In this document: positions 41,830 through 50,892 of the stretch, one piece after another | How positions within the stretch are numbered: the stretch's first letter is position 1 | Layout: each line of letters opens with the position of its first letter | DNA from: an uncultured bacterium | GTDB lineage: Bacteria > Babelota > Babeliae > Babelales > Vermiphilaceae | Assembly (NCBI GenBank): GCA_963695335.1 | Contig: OY968764.1 | Location: 640,001 to 704,000 of the forward strand | Direction: 5' to 3' | DNA length: 64,000 nucleotides | Program-made: the position numbers and the translations under genes | The notes under the pieces: model-generated | What the model was told of the DNA's origin: nothing | Seen by the model: the letters and a program-made list of their open reading frames with translations, nothing else | Database searches by the model: none

Positions 41830-42948
41830 ATGAAAAATATAAACATCATTTTTTTGTTACTCATCAACAATCTTATTAATGCAATGGAAGTGGTTTCTGT
41901 ACCTGCAAATTTCCCTGTTGACTGCAGAAACAGAATCCTTTTTTTTGAGCTTGCTCAAAACAGTCATAACTATGTTGATAAATATGCTGGTGGTGATTCT
42001 GTTAACTTTTCTGGTACTTTTGTTTCTAAAGGAAAGGGTTCTTATGACCCTTTGAGCGAAGTAAGACGTATTCTTTGTAAGATAAGTTGTCTCAATTGGG
42101 AATGGTATGAAAAGCTTGATCAACAGAGGAATAATCCTGTTGCTGCGCGTACTATGATGCAAAATATTGGCATTACTTGCTATTCAAATTTTTTTGGCAA
42201 TAACAGATCTCCTTTTATATCGTATATTGTTAATCGATTTTGTACTCTAGGTGCACAAAAATGCCGTGAATTGAGCTGTCAGTTGTATGATAAAGATCTT
42301 AGTCCAGAAAAAGTTGAGCAATTATATAAAGAAGGAGCTGTTCTTGATTATTGGAATAGAGGACCAAAGGAGACTGTTCTTCGTTATTGGATTATAAAAA
42401 ATGATAAGAATAGTATAGAAATTGTGGAAAAGCTTTTACAATTAGGTGCAAATCCTGATGCTTATTATGAAGAGAGTAATTATTCTCCTCTACCACTAGT
42501 TGTGTGTAATAATAATGTTGATGTAGTTAAATTGTTATTGAGTTATAAAGCAAGAAAGCAATGGTATTGGGTTTTTCGAGACCAGCCTCCTAAATGTATT
42601 GATCTTTTTATTGATTATTCCACAAAAGATGAACTTACTGATGGATTAATTGCTTGTGTTAGATGCAGGGATTATTTACCAGAAATTATGCAGAAATTGA
42701 TTGATAAGGGAGCAAACCCGAGCGCTGCACTCCCTTATGTTTTTACATCTATGATAGAGAATGTTGGTAAATCTACACCTGATCATGATGCATTTAGACA
42801 ATTACGCGTACAAGTGTATGATTTTCTTTGCGCTCAACAAGCGTATGATGCAGAGGTCTACAATAAGATACAAAATCTACAGGAGTTTTTGAGTTCTCTG
42901 GTCAATAAACTTGAACAAAATAAACCGATTTTTGATGATGGTATTTAG
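41830..42948 (+). CDS. Secreted ankyrin-repeat-like protein
   Basis: IVEKLLQLGANPD, SPL..V....VDVVKLLLSY, KLIDKGANP. Confidence 0.75.
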   Translation: MKNINIIFLLLINNLINAMEVVSVPANFPVDCRNRILFFELAQNSHNYVDKYAGGDSVNFSGTFVSKGKGSYDPLSEVRRILCKISCLNWEWYEKLDQQRNNPVAARTMMQNIGITCYSNFFGNNRSPFISYIVNRFCTLGAQKCRELSCQLYDKDLSPEKVEQLYKEGAVLDYWNRGPKETVLRYWIIKNDKNSIEIVEKLLQLGANPDAYYEESNYSPLPLVVCNNNVDVVKLLLSYKARKQWYWVFRDQPPKCIDLFIDYSTKDELTDGLIACVRCRDYLPEIMQKLIDKGANPSAALPYVFTSMIENVGKSTPDHDAFRQLRVQVYDFLCAQQAYDAEVYNKIQNLQEFLSSLVNKLEQNKPIFDDGI

Positions 42949-42975
42949 TGATGATTATTCAAAAGGGAGAAAATA

Positions 42976-44064
42976 ATGAAGAGTATGAAAGTTATTTTTT
43001 TGTTATTCGTGAGTAATCTAATTTTTCCCATGGAAGCTGAACGTAAAAGTTTGGCTTCCTTTTTTTGTGTTGAGCAATGTGTGCAACATCAAGATATTTC
43101 TCAGCATATTTCGCGGCACTGTTTGTCTGATCAGAAGTGGTGGTATGTGGATAAAGAGATTCAGTTTTATGGTTTTAAGCATCATAATAGTTATCATCCA
43201 ATTTTGGGCAGATATCCAAATTATTTAAGATGTGTCTGTTTTGATAGTGCTGGCACAAACATAATAGCTTTTCCTAATGAAGGATGGGGTGATCTTGCAT
43301 GCATATGGAATAGGGATGGAAAAGAGCTAGAGCGCTTAGATCAGGATGCTTTGTATACATTTTGTGACAGCAATGATCAATGGGCAAGTGAATTATATAA
43401 TTCAGGCAATAGTCCTTGGAAGCATGAGTATGCAAAGGATATGCAAAAGTTATTGGATGAGCAATTTGATTTGGCTTCCATGATATGCTGGAATGATGGA
43501 CAGGCTTTTGTGGCATCACAATTTAAAGCATATGGTTGTTGTAGAGTGCATGCTTGGAATCAAAAAGAAAATAAAATATTATTTACCATTCATCATCAAA
43601 ATCTTATTAATTCAGTGGCATTCAATCCACAGGGCATAGAAATGATAACGGCATCATCAGATAAAAGTATGCGTTTGTGGAACAAAAAAACTGGACAACA
43701 ATTATTGCGTATTAATTATGATACGCGTCTTACATCAGCAAGTTTTAATGGGTTGGGAACAGAAATGGTAGTTGCAACAGATGATGGTAACATACAAATT
43801 TTTGCAAAGTATTGTATAGATAATTTGCAGCACATATTATTGAAAAAACTGTTGCATCTATGGTTACAGTTGCAAATGCCAAATAAAGAAATTGATTCAC
43901 CTGAAAAATTATTAGATATTGTTGGGTGCATGTTGCACTGCAATTACGATGAAATAAAAGAAGCATGGCAATCATTTCCAGAGCATATGCAGAATGCTAT
44001 CTGGTTATCAATGCATAAAAAGATTCAGAGATATGGAATAATAAAAGAAGAGGAAAGTGTATGA
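42976..44064 (+). CDS. Secreted WD40 protein (type 1)
   Basis: HQNLINSVAFNPQGIEMITASSDKSMRLW; MEAERKSLASFFCVE shared with 40013. Confidence 0.8.
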   Translation: MKSMKVIFLLFVSNLIFPMEAERKSLASFFCVEQCVQHQDISQHISRHCLSDQKWWYVDKEIQFYGFKHHNSYHPILGRYPNYLRCVCFDSAGTNIIAFPNEGWGDLACIWNRDGKELERLDQDALYTFCDSNDQWASELYNSGNSPWKHEYAKDMQKLLDEQFDLASMICWNDGQAFVASQFKAYGCCRVHAWNQKENKILFTIHHQNLINSVAFNPQGIEMITASSDKSMRLWNKKTGQQLLRINYDTRLTSASFNGLGTEMVVATDDGNIQIFAKYCIDNLQHILLKKLLHLWLQLQMPNKEIDSPEKLLDIVGCMLHCNYDEIKEAWQSFPEHMQNAIWLSMHKKIQRYGIIKEEESV

Positions 44065-44840
44065 ACTGTAAGAATATTATTTTTTTGTTACTTGCGAGTA
44101 ATCTGATTGTTGCGATGGAGCCTGAACATAAAAGTTTTGCTATAACATATCATGAGAAATCTGATAAGCAATGGCGGATGGATAAAGAGATTCAGTTTAA
44201 TACTGAAAAAAAGGATATTCCAAAATTGATACGACATAAAAATGGTTTGAGAAGTGTATGTTTTGATCCCACCGGTAAAAAGATATTAGCTTTTCCTTGG
44301 CATGCCGATTGCTTTGTATGTATATGGGATAGAGATGGAAAAGCGTTGGAATCCTTAGATTTTGACGCTTTTGATCAATTTTCTGAAAATAATAGTGAAT
44401 GGTCTGATAGATTATTGAGTTCAGGTAATTCCCCTGCTTTTCCAATCTATGAAGGTGATGATAGACAGTTATTGGAAAAAGAATTTGGTTGGTTGCCAAT
44501 GGTATGTTTTAATGAAGAACAAGTTTTTGTAGTGCCAAAGTTTAGGGTGTATGGTGGTCATAATGCGTACGCATGGAATCGCTCAGAACAGAAAAGATTG
44601 TTTAGTCTTAAGCATACAGACATAATCTATTCTATAGATTTTAATCCAAAGGGCATAGAAATAATAACTGCATCAGCAGATAAAACTGTGCGTTTGTGGG
44701 ATGCAAAAACAGGTAAAGAATTAGTATGCATTGGTTATGATACACGTGTTACATCTGCAAGTTTTAATCAAGATGGTACAGAGATAGTTGTTGCAACGGA
44801 TGATGGTAAAATACGAGTTTTGGTACAAGATAATAAATAA
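44061..44840 (+). CDS. Secreted WD40 protein (short type 2)
   Basis: HTDIIYSIDFNPKGIEIITASADKTVRLWD. Confidence 0.8.
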   Translation: MNCKNIIFLLLASNLIVAMEPEHKSFAITYHEKSDKQWRMDKEIQFNTEKKDIPKLIRHKNGLRSVCFDPTGKKILAFPWHADCFVCIWDRDGKALESLDFDAFDQFSENNSEWSDRLLSSGNSPAFPIYEGDDRQLLEKEFGWLPMVCFNEEQVFVVPKFRVYGGHNAYAWNRSEQKRLFSLKHTDIIYSIDFNPKGIEIITASADKTVRLWDAKTGKELVCIGYDTRVTSASFNQDGTEIVVATDDGKIRVLVQDNK

Positions 44841-44864
44841 GTTGTTGATATAAAGTAAAAAATA

Positions 44865-44955
44865 TGAGTTTGTATGTTTCGACAAGCTCAACACGAACGG
44901 AGAAAAAAAATATTTAATCCCGTTCGTGCTGAGCCTGTCGAAGTATACGAACTCA
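44865..44955. repeat. Palindromic REP-like repeat, family A
   Basis: tgagtttgtatgtttcgacaagctcaacacgaacgg...ccgttcgtgctgagcctgtcgaagtatacgaactca. Confidence 0.9.
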
Positions 44956-44978
44956 TTAGGTTTAATAGGATTTGTAGA

Positions 44979-46061
44979 ATGCACAAATTATTAACATCAT
45001 TATTATGTGCCGTTATTTTCACTTGTTCTGTTATTGGAATGGAAAAAGAAATATCAGTTCCTGCAAATTTTCCTGATGATTGTAAAAATAAAATATTGAT
45101 TGATTATCTTGTTAAAGATGTTCATAAGCAAATCAAAAATTTTCATAAAGATAGTTGTTATTGTTTTGGTTATAGCGTTGATCAGGTTTGTAGGTTAGCA
45201 GGGCGCCTCATTGTGAGAATTAGTCGCATCAATTGGGATTTTTATAAGATACTGGAAAAAGAAAGAAATGATCCTGTTGCCACTCGTACTATGCTTAAAA
45301 ATATTGTATCTACCTATTATCCAAATCATGAAGGCACTGAATTAGAGATGGTTCATTGGTTTAAGAGTCCTGGGGCACAAAAATGCATTAGATTGAGTAA
45401 TCAATTATTTTTGACTGGAATGACTCCAGAAAAAATTGAACAGTTATATAATGAGGGTGCCTTTCTTAATTATTATGATAGCTATAATTATGTTGATCCT
45501 AGTAAAGAGACGGTTCTGAGTTATTGGGTTGATTGTGGGGCTCAAGAAAGTGACATTATTGTTGAAAAACTTCTTCAGTTGGGAGCAAATCCTAATCTTA
45601 GTGAAGGATATACTTCTTTTCCTTTGATTAAGGCAATGCGAAGGAATAGCATTGAAAAAATTAAATTATTACTGAGCTATAAGGCAAAAAAAGAGTGGTA
45701 TAATGTGTTGTCATGTATATTGTATCATCGTTATATTGATACGATTATTGCTTATTGCACCAAAGATGAGCTTAATGATGGATTGGTTGCTTGTGTTGAT
45801 GCATATGCTTATCGACCAGAAATTATGCAAAAATTGATTGATAATGGAGCAGAACCTAGCGCTGCGCTGCCTCATGTATTAAAAAATATAATTGAAAAAG
45901 TTGATATATTGGATTCAGATAATTCGGCAGTACTCAATTTCAATTTCCTTTGTAATCAAGGAGCATATGATCAAACTGTTTTTGATAAGGTGAAAAATTT
46001 ACAAATAATTTTTGGTGCTCTTGCCAATAATCTTGAAAAGAATAAAGTATTAGAAACTTAA
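44979..46061 (+). CDS. Secreted ankyrin-repeat-like protein
   Basis: Signal peptide from ATG 44979; VPANFP.DC and IVEKLLQLGANP shared with 41830. Confidence 0.75.
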   Translation: MHKLLTSLLCAVIFTCSVIGMEKEISVPANFPDDCKNKILIDYLVKDVHKQIKNFHKDSCYCFGYSVDQVCRLAGRLIVRISRINWDFYKILEKERNDPVATRTMLKNIVSTYYPNHEGTELEMVHWFKSPGAQKCIRLSNQLFLTGMTPEKIEQLYNEGAFLNYYDSYNYVDPSKETVLSYWVDCGAQESDIIVEKLLQLGANPNLSEGYTSFPLIKAMRRNSIEKIKLLLSYKAKKEWYNVLSCILYHRYIDTIIAYCTKDELNDGLVACVDAYAYRPEIMQKLIDNGAEPSAALPHVLKNIIEKVDILDSDNSAVLNFNFLCNQGAYDQTVFDKVKNLQIIFGALANNLEKNKVLET

Positions 46062-46110
46062 AAAGAGACTGTAATTTGGAAACGATCAATTCCAAATTAC
46101 AGTCTCTTTT
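46061..46110. terminator. Bidirectional intrinsic terminator
   Basis: aaaagagactgtaatttgga/tccaaattacagtctctttt. Confidence 0.85.
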
Positions 46111-46128
46111 GCTCAAAAATAAGAAAAA

Positions 46129-47682
46129 TTACATACCCCAAACGGTTATTATTTTGTTCTCGTACGTATCTTCTTTGTTGAATATTTTTTTATCCCATGA
46201 TTTTCCTGGTGTACGATCAAACACAAGCAAGTGACCTTCGGTTGCATTGCTTGTATCCATATAACCAGCCGTTTGTTCAAGACCTTCAGGAATAGTATGT
46301 TTTCCACGGTTAATTTTAATCTCAATAACAATGCGTTGGTCGCCAAATTCAATAAGTAGATCTACGCGTTTTCTTCCCAAAGCATATTCACGATGAATTT
46401 TACCACCGCCATTTACCACGCGTTGTAAATATGCCATGAGTAATAAATGTGGAGCTGATTCTGGGTAATCAATTTGTTCTAACCAAATAGCAGAATTTAC
46501 ACGGAAAAATTGAGTAAAAGCACTGAGCAGTTTATGCATATTTAAAGATTTGTCTTTATTTTGGTACGATGCAATTCCTGGTACAGTTTCTTGCATACTT
46601 TCTTGTTTGGTATAGACAAGAGCTCGAGGAATAACTTCTTGGTATATAGGGTTTGCTATTCTAATACCTTTTTGTGTGATAAGTCCTAAATCACGTACAT
46701 ATTGTAGATCATCTGGTTTAAAGATTTGTTCTTGTTCTGTACCACTAATGATGGCATCTATAATATAACGTACGCGTGGTTCATGTAATTTATGAGCAAG
46801 TTGATCGATGTGCGTATCACGACGTAAAATGAGTGTTTCTTTTGAGCGTTCAATAATATCTTTGGTGATTGGTTTATTACGATCAGTAACATCTCTAAAG
46901 CATGCTTGATATGCAAGAGCATTGACAAGCCAAGGTTGGCCTTGAGTTAAGTAAAAAGCATATTCTATAGCTTCGTCACTGAATTTTTGTCCTGTTTCTT
47001 GAGTATGTTGATTATATAAATTACGAACTTGATCTAATGAAAAATTAGGTAAGGTTAAGCTTTCAGCTTTTATATTAAATGCACTGCCTCCAAGTACCAT
47101 GTTATGTTCTGCTTCAGACCAAATCATGTAGTCACGTACATCACGTACTCCAAATAAACAAACTGATTGTGGGAAATGTTTTGGTCGATTGGGGTAACCA
47201 GCGCGTAGTTGGCGTAACACGGAAATAAGTGTATCTCCAATTAATGAATCAATTTCATCAATAAAAAGAACAATGGGTTTATCTGATGTAGAGCTCCATT
47301 CTTGTAAAAATCCTTGTAGACTTGCTCCAGATAAATTTTTTAATGCTTGTTCAATGATTGGAAAGATGGAATCATTGAGATGGTAATATATTTTTGCTTG
47401 GTTTTGAAATTGCTTCAAAATAATTTCCATTCCCTTTTCTACATTGCCTCGTGCAATTTGAGCTGGTTCAACATTAACATAAAATGCTTTGTAATGACTT
47501 TCTTTATTGAGTTCTTCAACAAGTATTTGAATAGCTGTTGTTTTTCCACTTTGGCGTGGTGCGTGAAGAATAAAATATTTTTTTTGATCAATAAGTTGTT
47601 TAACTTCAATTTCATTTAATCTATGTGGTATAAAATAATGTTCTTTTGGGTTAATTGGACCCGCTGTATTAAAAAAACGCAT
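46129..47682 (-). CDS. AAA-like ATPase with C-terminal PD-(D/E)XK-like domain
   Basis: RFFNTAGP, HAPRQSGKTT, LFIDEIDSL, GSAFNIK, T.GQPWLVN, REYALG..RVDL..IEIK. Confidence 0.85.
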   Translation of the reverse strand: MRFFNTAGPINPKEHYFIPHRLNEIEVKQLIDQKKYFILHAPRQSGKTTAIQILVEELNKESHYKAFYVNVEPAQIARGNVEKGMEIILKQFQNQAKIYYHLNDSIFPIIEQALKNLSGASLQGFLQEWSSTSDKPIVLFIDEIDSLIGDTLISVLRQLRAGYPNRPKHFPQSVCLFGVRDVRDYMIWSEAEHNMVLGGSAFNIKAESLTLPNFSLDQVRNLYNQHTQETGQKFSDEAIEYAFYLTQGQPWLVNALAYQACFRDVTDRNKPITKDIIERSKETLILRRDTHIDQLAHKLHEPRVRYIIDAIISGTEQEQIFKPDDLQYVRDLGLITQKGIRIANPIYQEVIPRALVYTKQESMQETVPGIASYQNKDKSLNMHKLLSAFTQFFRVNSAIWLEQIDYPESAPHLLLMAYLQRVVNGGGKIHREYALGRKRVDLLIEFGDQRIVIEIKINRGKHTIPEGLEQTAGYMDTSNATEGHLLVFDRTPGKSWDKKIFNKEDTYENKIITVWGM

Positions 47683-47700
47683 ATTACTTTCTCCTAGCTA

Positions 47701-47949
47701 TTAATGTTCAGCTAATTTTCTAAGGACGTCATCATATTTCTCAATAAGTTCTTCATATAATTTTTGTAATTTTGGATTGTCGCTAATAGTTCTAACTGAT
47801 GGATGATCACGCACAGGTTCAATGATGATATTTGCTCCATCAGTTTTAAGATTAATCCGTGTATCTTCGGTGATATTGAGTAGTTCGAGGATTGGTTTGT
47901 CGATAAGAATTGCGAGACTGTTGCCATGTTTGGTGAGTTTTTTAACCAT
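47701..47949 (-). CDS. AbrB/MazE/SpoVT family DNA-binding protein
   Basis: KKLTKHGNSLAILIDKPILELLNI...IIIEP. Confidence 0.85.
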   Translation of the reverse strand: MVKKLTKHGNSLAILIDKPILELLNITEDTRINLKTDGANIIIEPVRDHPSVRTISDNPKLQKLYEELIEKYDDVLRKLAEH

Positions 47950-48131
47950 GAAAAATCCTTTTTATATCTGATTTTTTAATTTAATAGTAGCTTAGACAAT
48001 GTTTTGACGTCGGTCAATACATTGTTGTTTTGTAAAGAAATAATATTTTGATGTTCCCTTGATACTTTCTCTTTGAATATTGCATATTTGAATAAGATGA
48101 TAATGTTTTTATAAAAATAGGGGGAGTGATG

Positions 48132-49466
48132 ATGAAGATGAATAAAGTACATATTGTATTGGCTGTTGTTTTGCTTGGCAATGCAGTTGCAATGCAGGGC
48201 ATGATGCAGCAGGGAAGAAAAGTATTCAAAAAACCAATCTATAGACCAGTAAATCAGAGAGTTAATAAGCCAACTACTCAGACATGGGGAAATTGGTTTA
48301 AATCTTTTTTTCATCCTCAAGCAGTCAAGCCGGTAGAAAATTATGCTGCCGAAGAAGTTTACAGTTCGCCTTTTGAGAAGGGTGGGCAGAAGAGAATGTA
48401 TAGTACATATCAATCGTCTACCACCGAATCTTTTGCAATCCCAGGATCTTTTGAACCTTCTTGGAAGTCGAAACTGCCTTGGACAGATGAGTATAAAATT
48501 GAGGAATTGTTTAAAGAATTGAATGATGATCTTGATGGGAGAATTAATGCTTCGGGGCTTCGTAGTGCAGGACGTATGCCAGATGCTTATCAGTTCCAAA
48601 AAATGTATGACTTGATCAAGGTGTCTGGATACAATCCTCTTAATAGATTTATTCAAGGACAACCTTCTTTTTCTGCAAAAATGCTGAAATTTGTTTTTAG
48701 ATATGGAAGAGTTGATATAAGCAATTATGGAAAAATTTTAGATATGTCTCATGCTATGGGGGCTCGTATTAGAAAAGAAGAGGAAAATGAAATTGGTATA
48801 CTTGTGAGTCATTTCTTACAAAGCATAGGTATTAATCGAATAAGCAGCATTGATGCAAAGTGGAGATTATCTGAAATTATAGCATTTGCTCGGCCAATAT
48901 TGGCGGCTTATAATATTTTACGTAGCATTGAGATACATATTAATACTCCGTTTATAAATTGGGATAAGCTTGATGAATTGTGTGATCTTCAATTAGATCC
49001 TGAAAAATTGAAAAAAACAATTGAAGATTTACAAAAAAATCCAAAGGAATTATTAAATTCTCACTATGGGATGATCAGAATTGTAATGATGACTAAGTAT
49101 GGGCGCAGCGATAGACCGATTACTGGTGAGTATGTAATTAATTTGTTAAAACAAGCAGGTTTTTCAGGTATTGGTGCAAGAAGACAAGAATATCATGAAC
49201 AGCAGTATGGATCATCTCAGTTTGGAACAGAATCTTTTGGTACGGCAAGAAATAAACTTGCACAATTACTTGGCATTGCAGCTAGCTCATCAGAAAAAGA
49301 AATCAGTAATGCATATCGCAAGTTTGTGATGCAGTATCATCCTGATATTACCAAAAATCCGAATAATCCAATGTCATTGAAATTGAAGAATGAAATTAAT
49401 CCAGCATGGGATGAATATAATAAAGCATTGAATGCGGTTAAGCAGGAGAAGGGTGGTAGGGAGTAG
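48132..49466 (+). CDS. Secreted protein with C-terminal J (DnaJ) domain
   Basis: Signal peptide; LLGI...SS.KEI.NAYRKFVMQYHPD...IN.AWD. Confidence 0.75.
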   Translation: MKMNKVHIVLAVVLLGNAVAMQGMMQQGRKVFKKPIYRPVNQRVNKPTTQTWGNWFKSFFHPQAVKPVENYAAEEVYSSPFEKGGQKRMYSTYQSSTTESFAIPGSFEPSWKSKLPWTDEYKIEELFKELNDDLDGRINASGLRSAGRMPDAYQFQKMYDLIKVSGYNPLNRFIQGQPSFSAKMLKFVFRYGRVDISNYGKILDMSHAMGARIRKEEENEIGILVSHFLQSIGINRISSIDAKWRLSEIIAFARPILAAYNILRSIEIHINTPFINWDKLDELCDLQLDPEKLKKTIEDLQKNPKELLNSHYGMIRIVMMTKYGRSDRPITGEYVINLLKQAGFSGIGARRQEYHEQQYGSSQFGTESFGTARNKLAQLLGIAASSSEKEISNAYRKFVMQYHPDITKNPNNPMSLKLKNEINPAWDEYNKALNAVKQEKGGRE

Positions 49467-49473
49467 TTTTATA

Positions 49474-49647
49474 AGCGCTCGAAGATATCCTTTAACCCCA
49501 ACAATCGTTACACTCTTATTGGGGACCCCGATTGGAACGGAGTGAAAATTGGGGTAAAAGATATCCTTCAACCTGTCTTCGCCAAGGCTTCGGCAGGCAC
49601 GGCAAGTTCTTAAGACAGGTGTTTACTAGTGAGCCTGTCGAACTATC
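49474..49647. repeat. Nested palindromic repeat cluster (family A host with family C, family D and a further insert)
   Basis: agcgctcgaagatatcctt; C unit 49496-49554; D unit 49572-49602; actagtgagcctgtcgaacta at about 49625-49645. Confidence 0.8.
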
Positions 49648-49664
49648 AGCGATTATGATCAAAG

Positions 49665-50630
49665 TCAAGTAGAATAGGCATTTTTATTAGGTGCCCACTT
49701 TCTATTTTCAGTAAGAAGAACATTAGCAAGTATAATAAACTTGCGCATTACAGCAATTAGGGCAATCTTAGATGGTTTTCCTTCTTCACGTAATCGCTCA
49801 TAAAATTTCTTAAAATCTGGATTATGTTGAACAGCTGAAAGTGTAGGCATATACAGCATTTTTCGTGGTAAGGATCTACCTTCTCTAATGATAGATTTTT
49901 TCTTATAATTACCACTTTCATTGGTGTATGGAGCTACGCCTAATAAGGCTGCAACTTGCTTATTTCCAATACTTCCTAATTCAGAAAAAAAAGCAATTAA
50001 CGTTGCTGATGTTCCTTTTCCAGCACCAGGAATTGATGTGATAATATTTTGCTTATGTTTCCAGTCATCATCATTATCAATTAATTGTTCTATTTCTTTT
50101 TCCAATTCCTTAACTTGTTCATCCATAAAATCAATATGTTGTTGAATTTTGTCTTTACAAAATTCAACTTGTGGATGAGCCAATCGTGTTTTTTCTCGAC
50201 TGATCATTCCCGTCAAATCACTTTTCCTTCTTATTAAAGCTTTCAATAATTCTTCATTCTCTTTTGGCACTTTAATGCGTGTTTCCTCTGATAATTCTTT
50301 TTGTTGTGCAAACAAAGCAATCATAGATGCATCAATCTTGTCTGTTTTTGCTTTTGCTCCATCTGATGCGATAAACGACTTAATTCGTTTCGGCTCAATT
50401 AGCCATACAAAATATCCAGCATTACTTAATGTACGAATCAATAATTTTTCGTATCCACCAGATGATTCACATACAACGCGAACAACATTGTACTCAGAAA
50501 ATACATTAAGTATTTTATTGAGACCAGCGGCGCTATTTGGCGTTTTAAAATATTGATTCAATGGACGTAAAAAAACATCCAAATTATCTTTTGAAATATC
50601 GACACCAACAAATATTTCTGTTAGCTTCAT
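49665..50630 (-). CDS. IS110 family DEDD transposase/recombinase
   Basis: VGVDISK (D), CESSGGYE (E), KTDKIDA (DD); C-terminal SIPGAG...LGVAP..NESG with putative catalytic Ser. Confidence 0.95.
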   Translation of the reverse strand: MKLTEIFVGVDISKDNLDVFLRPLNQYFKTPNSAAGLNKILNVFSEYNVVRVVCESSGGYEKLLIRTLSNAGYFVWLIEPKRIKSFIASDGAKAKTDKIDASMIALFAQQKELSEETRIKVPKENEELLKALIRRKSDLTGMISREKTRLAHPQVEFCKDKIQQHIDFMDEQVKELEKEIEQLIDNDDDWKHKQNIITSIPGAGKGTSATLIAFFSELGSIGNKQVAALLGVAPYTNESGNYKKKSIIREGRSLPRKMLYMPTLSAVQHNPDFKKFYERLREEGKPSKIALIAVMRKFIILANVLLTENRKWAPNKNAYST

Positions 50631-50808
50631 AGTAATTCTTCCTCATAATACGAGCCTTGCGCTCAAGCGATTATTCGAATCTTCTACAAATCTGGTTGAT
50701 AGCTCTTTAGCTGAAAACGGTTCTTGTAACCTAGGACGAGCACAAGACGCTATCAACCTTTTTTTATAGCCTAGTTTCCTAAACCTAAAAAACTCAATAA
50801 TCTACATG
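50631..50808 (-). ncRNA. Predicted bridge RNA of the IS110 element
   Basis: 5' hairpin; target loop closed by GGTTGATAGC/GCTATCAACC carrying GCTCGTCCT and TTCAG; donor loop carrying ATAATCGCT and TATGAG; exact ends inferred. Confidence 0.85.
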
Positions 50809-50855
50809 CTTTTATCATATGAGGACGAGCGCGAGAAAGGATTGGATTTAAAGTG

Positions 50856-50892
50856 TATGCGGTGAAGAAAATTTTTTTTCACCGCATATTTA
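50856..50892. terminator. topA terminator hairpin
   Basis: tatgcggtgaa/ttcaccgcata. Confidence 0.7.

Larger units (their letters stand above)
49648..50823 (-). mobile_element. IS110-family insertion sequence with both CT cores
   Basis: CT core at 50823-50822 and 49649-49648 (minus strand); ends confirmed by guide matches and by the junction promoter; no terminal inverted repeats. Confidence 0.9.

Noticed and set aside
44874..44978. N-terminal extension MFRQAQHERR... of the ankyrin-like ORF
   Set aside because: It is the translation of a family A repeat; the signal peptide and paralog alignment begin at ATG 44979
47976..48662. 228-aa minus-strand ORF
   Set aside because: Antisense to the J-domain gene, no recognisable motifs
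49603..49612. Alternative IS110 right end next to caagttc
   Set aside because: No CT core directly adjoining GAACTTG; the donor guide and 17-bp junction promoter both place the end at 49648-49650
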